Notes under the pieces: model-generated
Told to the model about the DNA's origin: nothing
Database searches by the model: none
What the model saw: only the letters and a program-made list of their open reading frames with translations
In this document: piece by piece, positions 1 to 13,000 of the stretch
Layout: the number at the start of each line of letters is the position of its first letter
Numbering within the stretch: the first letter of the stretch is position 1
NCBI RefSeq assembly: GCF_001194135.2
Contig: NC_068983.1
Span: forward strand, 85,389,762 to 85,453,761
Reading direction: 5' to 3'
Origin: Octopus bimaculoides
Taxonomy: Eukaryota
DNA: 64,000 nucleotides
Position numbers and translations under genes: made by a program

Positions 1-1716
1 AGTCAACTAATAGGGGATTATGTGGTGGATTTTTAAACGATTTGAGTCCATAAGTGTTATTAATATGGTCTTTTAGGGTTCCTTTGTTATCATAGAAGAA
101 TGCCTTCCATCTCATTGCTGATTTAATAAACAGATATATCTATACATATACATACATATATATNNNNNNNNNNNNNNNNNNNNNNNNNNNNNNNNNNNNN
201 NNNNNNNNNNNNNNNNNNNNNNNNNNNNNNNNNNNNNNNNNNNNNNNNNNNNNNNNNNNNNNNTGATTGAATTTGGTAGGCAGAAGTTACTGCCGTGTGT
301 GTATATGTCTGTGCATGTGCTTGTGCCTCTCTGAAAAAGAGAGAGGGAAATGCACACACACACAGAACAAAAGTATACATAAGCAGACAATAGGTATCAG
401 GTCAAATTATGACATATTTATACTTATACAGAGTGGAGCGCTTACACAAAGGAGTACATAAAGCAGAAAATCAGGAAAAGTCTTGGCTGGAGTGTTCTTA
501 ATGTTTGCTACATAAACAGATAGACAACAGGATAAGGCACAAAGGAAATCCATAGTGTTGATATGAGATAGTTTGGTAGGTAGGTGAATAGTGGCACAAG
601 TAAAAACTTTCTAAATGCACAAATTTGACCAGAGTGCTAATTGTATGTACCTATTGTCCTCCGTCATTGCACATTATATCACCCAGCTCCTGTCAAAAAA
701 ATCCAATCCATGCCAGCATAGAAAACAGATGTTAAATGATGATGATGATATATGAAATTGAAATAAGTACTAGTGGGGGGATCAATATGGTTGACTAAAA
801 GGAATTGAGGGAGGTCCCTGAGCATGGCTGCAGTCCAAAAGAAGGGATGGTATTATGCGATGTTCAAAAATTTAGAAATAAATTTAGAAAACACAAGAGT
901 CCAAACTGAATAGCATCAACCATTTTAGTTTAGCCAAAACACTCACTGCCACTTGAAATGACAAAAAATTATTTTAGTAGAGAACAACCAGTTAACCAAC
1001 ATCATGACGCATGTCTACAGAAATTATGAGCCATATTGTGGTACATTGTGTTCTTCCAGCTACAAAATGCCAACAAATTATAAAATGATTCTTTGGGTGT
1101 GAAATACTAAATCGCTGTCATTCTGTTTCTAACTGCTGAATATTTCACGCAATAAAACGAAAAGAAATTGTTAAACTTATAAATGACATAGTAAGGTGTA
1201 AAAATAAGAAAAAAATAATATTGATTGTTTAGTAAATTGAGAATATTCAGATATTTACATGGCTATGTGAAGCTAAGCTGTTTATCTAACAGCTGGATAT
1301 CCTTCACTCAGGCAATGAAACATTAGAGGTAGACATTTTCAGCTAGGTTTGGCTGATGATGTGCTTAGCTTCAATAAACATATTTGTATGTGTGCGCACT
1401 CACGCGTGTGTATGTGTGTGTGTGTGTGTGTGTGCATGCATGTGCACACATGCATGTGTGTGGTCTTTCATTTATAACAGTGATTCTCAAACAAACAAAA
1501 TACCAACCACTCTCACATCCCCCACACCATGTATTAGTGACATTTTTTAGCCACTCCATTTTATTTTTAATCTTTTAGTCAGGAGAGGACAGTGTCCATG
1601 ACCTATTAATAGGCTTCTATTATCAGAAGGTGGATGAGAAGATGGTATCATGAAACCAGAAGCCTGGCCTGAATAGTTGCAACACAATGGACACTGCTAA
1701 CAGCAGCATGCCAGTA

Positions 1717-1918
1717 TTGACCCTTTTGATATCCACCTACCTGAGACCATCTCTGTTATTTATGATACAAAACTTACATAAACATTCTATGTTAATTTAC
1801 ATTCCAAACACCAATTTAATAATGACAAAACTTATTTTACTAAATTCTTCATTATTTTCAAAATTAATAGAAAGAACAGCAGTGTATTTCAAAAGAAATA
1901 TGATAACAAAAGGGTTAA
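1717..1918 (+). mobile_element. MITE family D (TTAA-CCC termini, ~200 bp)
   Basis: TTGACCCTTTTGATATC...GATAACAAAAGGGTTAA. Other copies at 13061-13272 (preceded by a partial tandem copy), about 53185-53337 (-) and about 55101-55290. Confidence 0.75.
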
Positions 1919-3029
1919 ACTGCAAAATGGGTTAAATCTACCCAAATAGGTCATGGCAGGATTTGAACTCAGAATGCAATGAGGCAGAACAAATAACACA
2001 AGGTATCCAGCCTGGCTTTCTTGCTGATCCATTCACCACCTTAGATTGACATTTTTTGTATAGGTAACCTTGAAAGGATAAAAAGCAAAGTTGACCTCAA
2101 AATGACTTGAACTCACAACATAGTGAGTTGAAATAAATACTGCAAAATATTTTGCTTGATACTCTAACAACTCTGCAAATTATTAAATCCTGGTTGTCAA
2201 GCTTGTATCATTATAGTTGTCATAACTCATGTATATATTTCTATAAGAAGTTGCACACATCTAAACTTTGACAGATGGAAGATGAGGTAAATGATCCCTG
2301 CTGAGTCTTCAATAAAAGATAGAACTAGTTAATTCAGCCCTTGCTATGTTGCCAAAGCCTTTGTGGTTTATCCACAAGTTATTTCACAGCAAGACAAAAT
2401 GTACATTTATTAAACATATTGTATATGACTGCTTCGTAGCAGCAGCTTTTAGCAATCAATCTAATAAGATTTAGTCTTTTATTACGAATTTTAATCTTTG
2501 ATACAAAAGAATAATTAAGAAAGACTAAAGTTAGCACTTAATAACAATACAATTTGAAGCACAAAGATATTGGTAATGAGAAGTAGGAGAACACTTGTAA
2601 AAGAAATTTTAATTAAAATTCTATCTTCCTGAATCATTACACATAGAAAGAAAGACAAGACAGCATGCTGCAACACTCTGCTTTCCCCACCATTGCTTGC
2701 AGTACAGACTGAACTAAGTATTGACCAGAGAAGAATTTGGTCAATTGGATTTAATCATTTCCCCCCTAACCTTCATCACTGATAGTGTAGTCATGTCATG
2801 ACATGATATATGGTATACGATATGCTATGATGTATGGTTATGATATCTATGGCACCAGAACCTTCAGTCGTGGTAACTGAAGCAATGTTGCTAGCTATTA
2901 TATCATCCAATAAACAAATAATGCATCAGTTGACTTAACTAGATAGTAGTTAACTCAACTTGTGTGAACAAAGCATTGACTCAATAACTAACACTCTACC
3001 GACACTGATTGGTGTATGCATGTACATGT

Positions 3030-3134
<105 letters not shown>

Positions 3135-4036
3135 CTGGTGAAACTTAAGAGTATATATATTTTTTATTTGGTTGTAAAGTTACATAAGTAACTCAAGGGC
3201 CAGGAGCTTCATGCACAGCACACATCAATATTGATAGTCCAAAGTATGAAACTCTTGACCTTTCAGTCACTTATGTAACTTTACATAAGTGTATATGTGT
3301 GTGTGTATATATATAATGTGTGTGTGTGTGTATGCATATTTGTGTGTGCGTACACACACACACACTATTTTATTGTGTTTCAGTCATTTGATTGTGGTGT
3401 TGCCCTGCTGGAGCACCACCTTCAAGAAACTAGTTGATTCCACTGATGCCAGTTATTATTTTATCATCCATGGAAAGAGAAAAAGCAAAAATAACCTGGG
3501 TAAACTTTTAATTCAGAACATAAAGTGGTATAACCAAATACTGCACGGTGTTAAATCCAATGCTCTACTGATTCTGCTACTTCCTGTCTCGTAGACAGAC
3601 AGACAGGTCATCATTACACTCATCATTGTTTCAACGTCCACTTTTCCCCCACTTGCATGGATCAGATGGAATTCAGTAAAGTAGATTTTCTACCCTCAGA
3701 TACCCTTCCTGTCGACAACAAGCAAGGTAATATTTCCCCTTGGTTGGGCAACTTTTCAAAGAAGACAAGTAAAGAATGACACTGCTTATGTCAGTGACAT
3801 TCACTTACAGCTATTATGTGATGTCAAGACAAGGAGTCTCATGCATGCAGACACACACAATGGGCTTCTTTCAGTTTCCATCTACCAAAACCACTCACAG
3901 AGAACTGGTCAGCCTATGACTATAGTAGAGGATGCTTGTCCAAGATGACACACAGAAACAGATAGAACAAGTAAAAAAAAAAAAAAAAACAGGAAAAGAA
4001 AAATGAGACAAAATCAGAAAATCTTGAGTTGTTTAC

Positions 4037-4096
4037 CTTAAAACTCTCCCGAGATTTGTCTTGTAATCTATCAATAGCAGAAATTTTCGGCCTCTC
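4037..4096 (-). CDS. Putative internal coding exon of an unidentified host gene (ERPKISAIDRLQDKSRESFK)
   Basis: Acceptor TTTTATTCTTCTTTTCAG, 60-nt open frame, donor AAG/GTAAAC. Confidence 0.55.
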
Positions 4097-4254
4097 CTGA
4101 AAAGAAGAATAAAATGTAACTTGCAAGTTGTATCTTGCTAATGTTCTTTCTACAAGTATCTAATTATCTGTAGATGTGTGACTGTGTGTGTGAGTGAGTG
4201 GTTACTTGAGTGAGAGGTCACATGAGGGAATGGCTGGTGGCATGAGAGAGTGAT

Positions 4255-4520
4255 TGCATAAGTGAGTGGTTGTGTAAGTGGCCACATCAGTAAGCAGCTA
4301 CATGAGTGAAATGCTGCTTGCATGAGTGAGTTGCCATGTGAGTGAGCAGCCACATAAGCAAGCTGCTGCATGAACAAGAGACCGCATGAGTAAGCAACTA
4401 CATAAGTGAGCATCCGCGTCAGCGAGCAGCTTCATGAGCGAGTGGCCACATGAATGAGAAAACAACCACATGAGCAAGCAGCTGCATTAGTGAACAGCCA
4501 TGAGTGAGTGAGTATCTGCA
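4255..4520. repeat. Degenerate 16-bp minisatellite (consensus ~CATGAGTGAGCAGCCA)
   Basis: About 14-16 units, e.g. CATGAGTAAGCAACTA, CATGAGCGAGTGGCCA, CATGAGCAAGCAGCTG. Confidence 0.8.
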
Positions 4521-4785
4521 TGAGTGGATGGTTGTGCAAGATGGTGTATGAAAGAGAGGATAAGTGAAAAAGTGTGTGAGGTAGTGAATGGCTGTGTATG
4601 AGTCTGTGACAGGGAGGAAGAGAATGAGTGTGAGTGGGCGGGTATGTATATGAGTGAGTTGGTGAAAGTGAATGAGTTGTTATATGGGGTCAGTGGGCAA
4701 GTAGGTGGGTATGTGAGAGGGTGGATATGTAAGTGAGCAAATGAGTAGAAGAAAGTGGGTACATGAGAATGTGGGAGTAAGGAAT

Positions 4786-4816
<31 letters not shown>

Positions 4817-5522
4817 GCATGTGTGCAAGACAGGATGTATGTGTATGTGTGCATGGGTGTCAGTCTCTATGTGCATGTCACCATGAGCAGAAGTTAGTAT
4901 GTTCATACAAGTATGTGTATATGTAAGCATAAATGTGTATGTAAATATAAGTATGATTGTGTGTATATGTACACACCATGTGAGTATGAGTGTGCATGTG
5001 TGCAGACATGAGTGTGTATGCATACAAGCATGAGTGTATGCACGTACAAGTAATATATATGCACAATTATAACATAAGGCAGCACTGACATTTGTGTCAC
5101 TTCAGCATCTTTCATCATGATAATTGATATTACTGATTTCTTACATAAATGGAAAATTGCAGACATCTGAGAGGGACATTCATGCCTATTCCACACATAA
5201 CTAGCAATATAGGTGAAAATATTTAACTGGGACATAGAAACCTGGTTGCAGTCTCAGTTTGACAATAGCTTATTGTCAAACTCAGTGATCCCTGCCAAAT
5301 TGAAACTTATGAACCACAAAGATGCCTAGATGTGTAAAGGGATTTCTCCAACCCACTGAATGTCCTTTCAGCCTTTTGTTATCATATTTCTGATGAAAAA
5401 CAGTCTTTATTCCAATGTATATTGACTATTATGAAGAATTTATTAAAATAACTTAATCAATATTCAGTTAGTGTTCGAAATATAAATTTATATCTTTATG
5501 AAAGATTTCGTTTCAGATCACT

Positions 5523-5739
5523 TTGACCCTTTAGTATTCAGATTACTCTGTCAAATGTAATGCTTATTCACATTGTTTTCAATTAATCATGCATTATCTT
5601 GTAGCTTTGAGATTTGGTGTTTGTTTATTTTTATAACGACATTGTAGGATAGGTGCAAGAGGCCAGATCTGGTCAATTTGAACATAAAACAGACAGAATA
5701 TTTGGCCGGATATGGCCAATTTAAATGCTAAAAGGTTAA
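5523..5739 (-). mobile_element. MITE family C (TTAA-CCC...GGG-TTAA, piggyBac-type, ~225 bp) nested in MITE family D
   Basis: TIR TTAACCCTTTAGCATT; family D sequence flanks it on both sides (5367-5522 and 5740-5802). Confidence 0.8.
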
Positions 5740-6244
5740 ATTAGGAAGTTTGTATCGTAGAACTAAGGACAGTCTCAGGCGGGTTGCTTTCAAAAGGGTT
5801 AAAAATATAATTTGAGCTATGCTTAATGCGTAAAACTACATGGCCAAATTCCATAACAGGTCACATGTGGTGATTTTAGTTCATTGGATGGGAATTTTTC
5901 ATAAAAGGTTTTTTTCATGTTTTAATATATACATGTTAAACTAAAACCAATTTTTGTAACTCATAGTTCTATAAAAGTCAAGATTATAAAGGTTTCTGCT
6001 TGGTGATAAGAATGGTATTCCAACAGGTTCACAAGTATTAGAGTCTGGTACTTACTACTGAGAGTATACTGCTCAATGGTCTTAACAACCATCTCAAAAA
6101 TTACCAGTGCAATGATGCTGCTAAGCACACAATCTTGCTTATTAAAATTCAAGCAATTCATATCTTAAAACAGCCAGACACTGTTAATAAATCACCCACT
6201 GTGATATGCATCAGATGTTTCCCACTAGTGTAGAATAAACACTA

Positions 6245-6395
6245 GGCACAGGCATAGCTGTGTGGTAAGAAGCTTGCTTCCCAACTACATGGCTCTAGGT
6301 TCAGTCCCACTGGGGCAAATGTCTTCTACTATAGCCTCAGGCCAACCAAAGCCTTGTGAGTGAATCTGGTAGACGGAAACTGAAAGAAGCCCACC

Positions 6396-6467
<72 letters not shown>

Positions 6468-6667
6468 TTGTCTGTGTCCCACCCACCATCGCTTGACAAC
6501 CAATGTTGGTGTGTTTACATCTCTGTAACTTAGCAGTTCGGCAAAAAAAGACCAATAGAATAAGTACTAGGCTTACAAAGAATAAGTCCTGGGATCAATT
6601 TGTTCAACTAAAAGTGGTGCTCCAGCATGGTCACAGTCACATGACTGAAGCAAGAGTAAAAGAATAA
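6245..6667 (+). mobile_element. SINE family A (tRNA head + CORE-like domain + central microsatellite)
   Basis: Head GCTGTGTGGTAAG...GGTTCAGTCCC (A/B-box-like), CORE-like GGGCAAATGTCTTCTACTATAGCC, internal (TA)n, tail ...CAGTCACATGACTGAA..AAAAGAATAA. More than 10 copies in the window. Confidence 0.85.
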
Positions 6668-8505
6668 CTAGTGTCATCACTTGGATATTGGTTATTTTAC
6701 AGGAATTAACATGTCATAAAAAGTAATGGTAGAGCTATCTTTGAACAGTTCAGGCATAGCGCTTATGAAGGAGCAACAAATTGAACCTTTCTGAGAAATT
6801 TTGTCATTAAATGTTTAAAGTAGCAGTGACTGTAAAGCTTATTATGAGTGACCTGACAAGTACAAACTGGTCAACCACAAAGGAATTTATCTTTAAAAGG
6901 AGCACAAAAGAACCAGGTGTTAATTACATGCTTCTCATCTGCAGTTATTTTGAAAGCTTTTGTCTGGCCAAGTATGTTAAAGTTGTGTGAAAGAATGCTC
7001 TGACAGGGAAGTGTAAACATAACCCAGCAGGGGACTCACCCTAAGGGGACAGGTTAATTCTTTATTGTCTGTCACCTGTTAGAAATGATGACTGATATTT
7101 GTCAATTGTTATGACCTATTTCAAGGTATGTTAAATATACCTTAAAACATATTTTTATTATCCTTACTATTAATACAGCTTCTTAAATAGAAAATGATAA
7201 GTGATAGGACCATAGGAGTTACAATTGTATTTTAAATTGTCCTCTATTGTGACTAGTGAATTTCTAAACCACAAGATGTTAATGTCCAGATTATATATCG
7301 TTGCTATTATGCAAAAGTGTTCTAAGTCCAAAACATTGCTTTTTCAGAAAATGAAAAAATAGTTTCAGCATTCCATTTCTTTTTACATTAGCAGCAGTAT
7401 CAGCTTAACAATGATACTTTGTTGGGTGCATAAAATTGTAACTCCATGCATGTATGATATTTTCAGTCAGAAATATTTTTGCAAAACTGTCATATATGGG
7501 ACTTACTACACTTCTGGAAAATGCTAAACCATAGTACTACACTTTGACAATTTTCATATCTTAGCATCTGAAGCAGCTGGAGATACAATAGTTTGACCAA
7601 AAGAACAGGCCATTGCAAACAAAATTAAGTATTGAAAAAAAAAATGCATTTGGCCAAATTTGGTCATAATAGCAACATAATAGCAACAATATATATAAAA
7701 TTGTCCCTGGTTTGGAGGTGATGTTTTTTTGTATGTTTGTTTTCAAGGTCCAAATTCCAACTTATGCATCAATACATTTGATAAACCATTACAGAGATAG
7801 AATGGTGTGAAACATGTGAAAGTGTACTGATTATATAAAGATTATAGATTACAAAAACTACACAGACAATTATTAAAAGGTTATTACAGTGATGTAGTAG
7901 ATACAGAATAATTGGAGTATTGGGGGACAAATGACTAATATAATAAGACCACTTGAATGGTTCAGAATTCAGTTAAGGAAGGACAAGATTATTAAAGGTG
8001 AAAATAGCTCAGGAAAATTGGAGAGTGAAAACACACAAAAAAAGGATGATGAGCTGCATGTAAAAACAGCTAGAACAGGGGGGGGGGGCAGAGAAATAGG
8101 GACTAGTTAATCAAAAGAATACATAAAATACCTACTTGTGACTCCTTATCTCCCACCACAATGCACATAAATATTTACATGTACAAAATTGTTACTGGCT
8201 TAAGAAACCAATTGTTAATACACAAAGGAAATATGAATAATTAAAATCGGACAGAACATTAAAAAAAAGTCTTGTTTAAGACAAATATTTTCTTTAAAAA
8301 TGAAGACTTTCATATTACGATAAAGAATATATATAATCCTCATTAAAGATAACAAGACAAAGAAAGAAAGATTATTTTATGGCAGGTTTACAGAAGAAAA
8401 AAAACACTGAAAAAAATAAAAATAAAATGAATGAGTTTCTAAAAAGCTGCTTGATCTGATCAATGCAGCTGCCAAATTATCCTCAGTAATTATCCTCTAG
8501 CATCT

Positions 8506-8733
8506 TTAACCCTTTTGCATTTAAACTAGCCATATCCAGCCCAAATATGCTACCTGTTTTATGATCTAACCAACCAGATCCAGCCCATCACACCTACCCT
8601 TCAATGCCATTCTAAAAATACACAATCCCAACATCAAAAATTATTGACTACAAAATAATGCATGCTTAATTAAAATCAATGTGAATGAAAAAGCATTACA
8701 TTTGACAGAATAATCTGTTAAGTAAAAGGTTAA
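8506..8733 (+). mobile_element. MITE family C
   Basis: TTAACCCTTTTGCATT...AAAAGGTTAA termini with conserved interior. Confidence 0.8.
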
Positions 8734-9059
8734 TAGAAGGAGGCCAAGACTTAAAGACAAGTCAGAAGAGCAGTGTTCATAGTAAAAGAGATAAATGGAC
8801 TAAAACTTGAATTCCAACAAGATGGCAAAGTTTGGTGTGCCTTAACAGAGTATAGGGAACAGACATTTGACAAGTAAAAACAAAGAAAACTGACTAGGGC
8901 CAACTCAATAACAATAACTCTAATAGATTCCCGATTTAAATTGTCTATTCCTCTCTGTAATATTTTTGTACATAAACAGTCTCTTGAACCAATAAAATAG
9001 GGTTCATAACTATGTGATTGTTTGACTTATTAGAAATAGTAGTTACACATTCTACCATC

Positions 9060-9282
9060 TTAACCTTTTAGCATTTAGATTGCTCAGTCAAATATAATGC
9101 TTATCTATTCACATTGTTTTGAATTAATCATGCATTAACTCATAGTTTCGAGATTTCAATAATGGGATTTATTTTCCAGAGTGACATTGAAAGATAGGTG
9201 TAAAAGGCTAGATCAAGCCATTAACATAAAACAGGTAGAATATTTGGGTTTGATATGGCCAATTTAAATGCTAAAGAGTTAA
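9060..9282 (-). mobile_element. MITE family C
   Basis: Inverted copy about 330 bp from the 8506 copy. Confidence 0.8.
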
Positions 9283-9306
9283 ATAAGTTCACATTGAACA
9301 ACATAC

Positions 9307-9366
9307 CTTCTCATATACAAAAGAGAATGGGGTGCTTACAGCTTGAATACCTTTTTGATTATAGGC
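9307..9366 (-). CDS. Putative internal coding exon (AYNQKGIQAVSTPFSFVYEK)
   Basis: Acceptor GTTCTGATTTTAG, 60 nt with only frame 0 open, donor AAG/GTATGT; phase-compatible with 4037-4096. Confidence 0.55.
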
Positions 9367-9799
9367 CTAAAATCAGAACTTACATGTCATATACAATATG
9401 TGATGCTTTCCCTACCCCCCACATCTTTTCCCCTTTCACATCTTCCAGTTTATATCTATCCCTTCTTTTTGTAGCATTTTTAGCTTATGACCATATTCAA
9501 GCACTGCCTACTTTCCCATCATTTAACTAGTGTCGCTTATTCTCTTTCTCCATAAAAACAAAAAAAAAAAAGAATTAACTCAATACACTGTGCTAAAAGA
9601 CATCGGAGGAGATTAACAACTTCCAAATACACTATGAAGACACTACGGTTACAGAAAGAGAACAGCACTTCTTTCAAGTGACTGGTGCTTAATTACACTA
9701 AGCTCCACCAAGCGGTGATACTTGAGGAGGAGATCATCAAATCATGATAGCACACATCCATCTCCCAAATAAACTGGTTGGCTCCCAAAATCGGGTATT

Positions 9800-10050
9800 A
9801 GTGGTAATGCTTGTAATGGTGAACATGGTGTGTTGGCAATGATGGTAAAAATATTGCCGATAATGGCCATCATGGTGGTGGCAGTGACAGCCAACACAGT
9901 GCATAGAGTGGTGGTAATAGTGGTGATGGTAGTAATAATGAACATGGTGATGATGGTAATGATGATTGTGGTGATGGTAGTGGTAATACTAGTGACAATG
10001 GTAATAATGGTAAGCATGGTGATGGCAACATAGTGAAGGATGAGTGACAA
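9800..10050. repeat. Degenerate (TGG/TGA/TAA) trinucleotide repeat
   Basis: GTGGTGATGGTAGTAATAATG-type sequence; explains the three overlapping low-complexity ORFs. Confidence 0.85.
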
Positions 10051-13000
10051 TAGTGTTCAACCATTCTTAAATACTGCTGGCAGTTAAACTATTACTTCAA
10101 ACTAAGTCTCTTTTATATTCTCATGGTTTCCAATGTCATTTCTGAAAAGCAATGCAGATCTCATGCTTTTTAGAAAAAGTATATTAAGAGTTTCCTTTTT
10201 ATTTCCCACACACACACACAAAGACATTTCTTGTTTCAAAATATATATTTGTGACAGAGGCAGTATTAATACCGAGGGATAATATTTATCCCCACTTAAA
10301 CATGGATCTTCTGTTAGAACAAATTATACTGCGGGAGTTATCATGAAAGAAATTCCCATACTGGCTTTTGGTGCAAAATATTACTTCTTGTTTCATGATT
10401 AAAAAATTTTTTTTTTTCAATTGCTAGTCTGCTGCTTCCTCTTCCCAAAATATGCCAAATCAAAATACAAACTGCACACAAGAAATATAGCAGCACAGTT
10501 TGGTTCTTCATTTGTCAATTAGTTATACGGCCTTGTATTTAATTAAAAGGTTCTTTTTGCAATTATGTGGTTCCAGGTTTGTTCCCACTACCCAGTACCT
10601 TTAGACACACGTTCTATCTTAGACTTAGATCCACACAATTCTTGAGAGTATAACTGACTAAACAGAAAAAACTGAATGAAAGATCATCAGACTGCACTTG
10701 TTCTTTAGTTGTAGACATAGAATTAATCTGTTGCTTGATTTAACACGTTCCTCTGGTTTTTGAGAGCCTCAGCAAAGTTCTCACTGTTGCAATGTTCAAA
10801 CCAGATCCCCAAACAGAGGCAGATGTGCTGCTTCCTTACTGCAGCAACTAGCATGTCACGGTTTTTCCTGCCCCACCACAACCAATCTCCACTACCAGTC
10901 TTAGAGCCCTTGAAAAAAGCTATAACACTGCCCTTTCTCCTCTTGCTAAAGAGCACACATGTGTGTGTGTATGTGTGTGCATGTGCATATACGATTGCAC
11001 AAAATGCCCCTCTTCCACAATGATCACACATTTCTGCTGACACATTGCCAAGTCCACTAAATTTTCAAGTGCATATTACAGAGAGGGGGGAGGGACTAGA
11101 ATTAATCACCAAAAGATTTGAAGAATCTAGAAATGTCTCCCTGTAGCTAAAATAGATTCAGTAAATATCCTCTGAACTATTGTTTCCATTTCCATACTGT
11201 TTTATCCAAAACATTTATTTGACGTATTTATACATAATCTGAAAACAAGTATGAGTTAAGCTAATTAACCAATTCTATTGAAAGTTATGTTTTAATATAT
11301 AAAGATGCATGAGGCAAAATGTGCAATAGACCACTTTATAGATAAAATGTTAATTATATGCTTGTTGAAGAGATAGCTTTGAAATATTGCAAAAACTAAA
11401 GAATAAAAAGGATGCTTATAGGAAAACTTTACATAAGTAAGTCAAGCTAAATATAAAGCAAACTTAATCTACCCAAAGAACAATGCCAACTGAATGTGAT
11501 GGGTGGGGTCCCTTAACCTAAATGGGCTGGTATGCAGTTAGTACATGCTTCTTGAAAAGAAATAGAACCTAGAGGCAATCATGATTGCTTCCAATGCAGT
11601 TTTGCTATTCTTAACAGTTAGAGCACAGATTTACAAATCTTTATGTATAGAGTCTGGCTGGCACCTTAACAGTAAGATAATGATCTGTCTACACACAAGC
11701 AGGTTATTCAGTGATAACTTCAGTAATAACTTCAGTAATAACAACACCAACAACAATCAAAGCTCTGAATTAAGAGACAAGACACAGAACAAATTTAAAA
11801 CTGGCAACGTTAGCTTCTGGCACAATTTACACAGCTCAATATTTCTTCTTCTGTCATGAGTGAAGGGGAAAATCTATAAGTTTGGGGCCCCAGGGGAAAG
11901 CAAAGTATCGACATTATGTATGTATAAATAGCATTCTTTTTTTTTATTTACTTTTTGTTGCTTTCACTTTCTTGTGCTTCTTCTTCCAAGCTGACATAGC
12001 TTAGGCATGTCTCTGAGGCAACATTTGGAACAATTCCAGTGCACATAATATTGGCATACTATTAGAGAATAAGGTGACACAGGGTGATTGTAACATATAT
12101 TATTGCAGATGAGGTTTTATGAGTGAAGATCCTTCATATTGCCAGCCTATTCAACACTTATAGGACCACTATTATATAAAAACAAAAAACATTTACACTT
12201 TATAAAATACTTTGCCTCTCTTTAATCTTAATTCCAAAATTTAGATTAAATTTTAAGTGTTTGAATTCATAAACATAAGTCTATGTGGTGAAGGGCATTA
12301 TATATTCTCCAGTAGAAGAAAATGATGCAATCTGAAATATTTTATACCAAAATTTGGAAGTGCAATAGAATGGATTATTCATTAGATGGATAACATTGAT
12401 TTATGGTGAGAACTGAGGACCGCTCGTTTGTACTGTGGAACACAGAAAAATGAAAGAGAGAGAGAGAGACAATAGGAGAAAGAGACAAAAGAGAGCAAGT
12501 GAAAAAAGGAGAGAAAAGTGGGAGAAAGAGAGAGAAATTAAGAAAGAGAAAGCGAAAAACAAAAGGAAGAGAGAGACAAAGAGAAAGATATAAAAAAAAG
12601 AGATGAGGATTACAAAAGGACTCAACTGTGATATCAGTCTAGGACATTTGTTGTTTTTGTTATTTTTGTTTAATACCACATCAGTAGACCTATGACAAAA
12701 TATATTACAGTCCTCCCCTACATTATCCACTACATAATTCTGAAAGTGTATTTAGGTCTATATTACTCTCTCTTTCTCTCTCTCTCTCTGTTTTCAATAG
12801 CATGGAGTGATTTGAATACAATGTGACTATTCTTTCTAACCATGAACAGTTTCCACTTTAGCTCATTACAACTTCTTTTGTAACAATTTTTACAACTTTA
12901 TTATGTGAAGGACTAAGAAGGGTGTACATATTCAATCCCTTTTAATATCACCCTACTTGACACTGCTCCTGGTTCTAGGACATAAATTTCCTGCTTTAAA

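Noticed and set aside
4487-5235. [12 protein letters not shown]-rich ORFs here and at 40.0, 44.5-46.3 and 47.8-48.3 kb
   Set aside because: Translations of CA/TA/TG microsatellites.
10723-11043. 106-aa ORF in a GC-richer patch
   Set aside because: Starts in a microsatellite, has no recognisable domain, and its splice sites are weak or ambiguous on both strands.
12400-12610. Strong minus-strand acceptor after a 150-nt pyrimidine tract
   Set aside because: All three frames stop within about 55 nt and no good donor follows; likely a GA-rich simple repeat.
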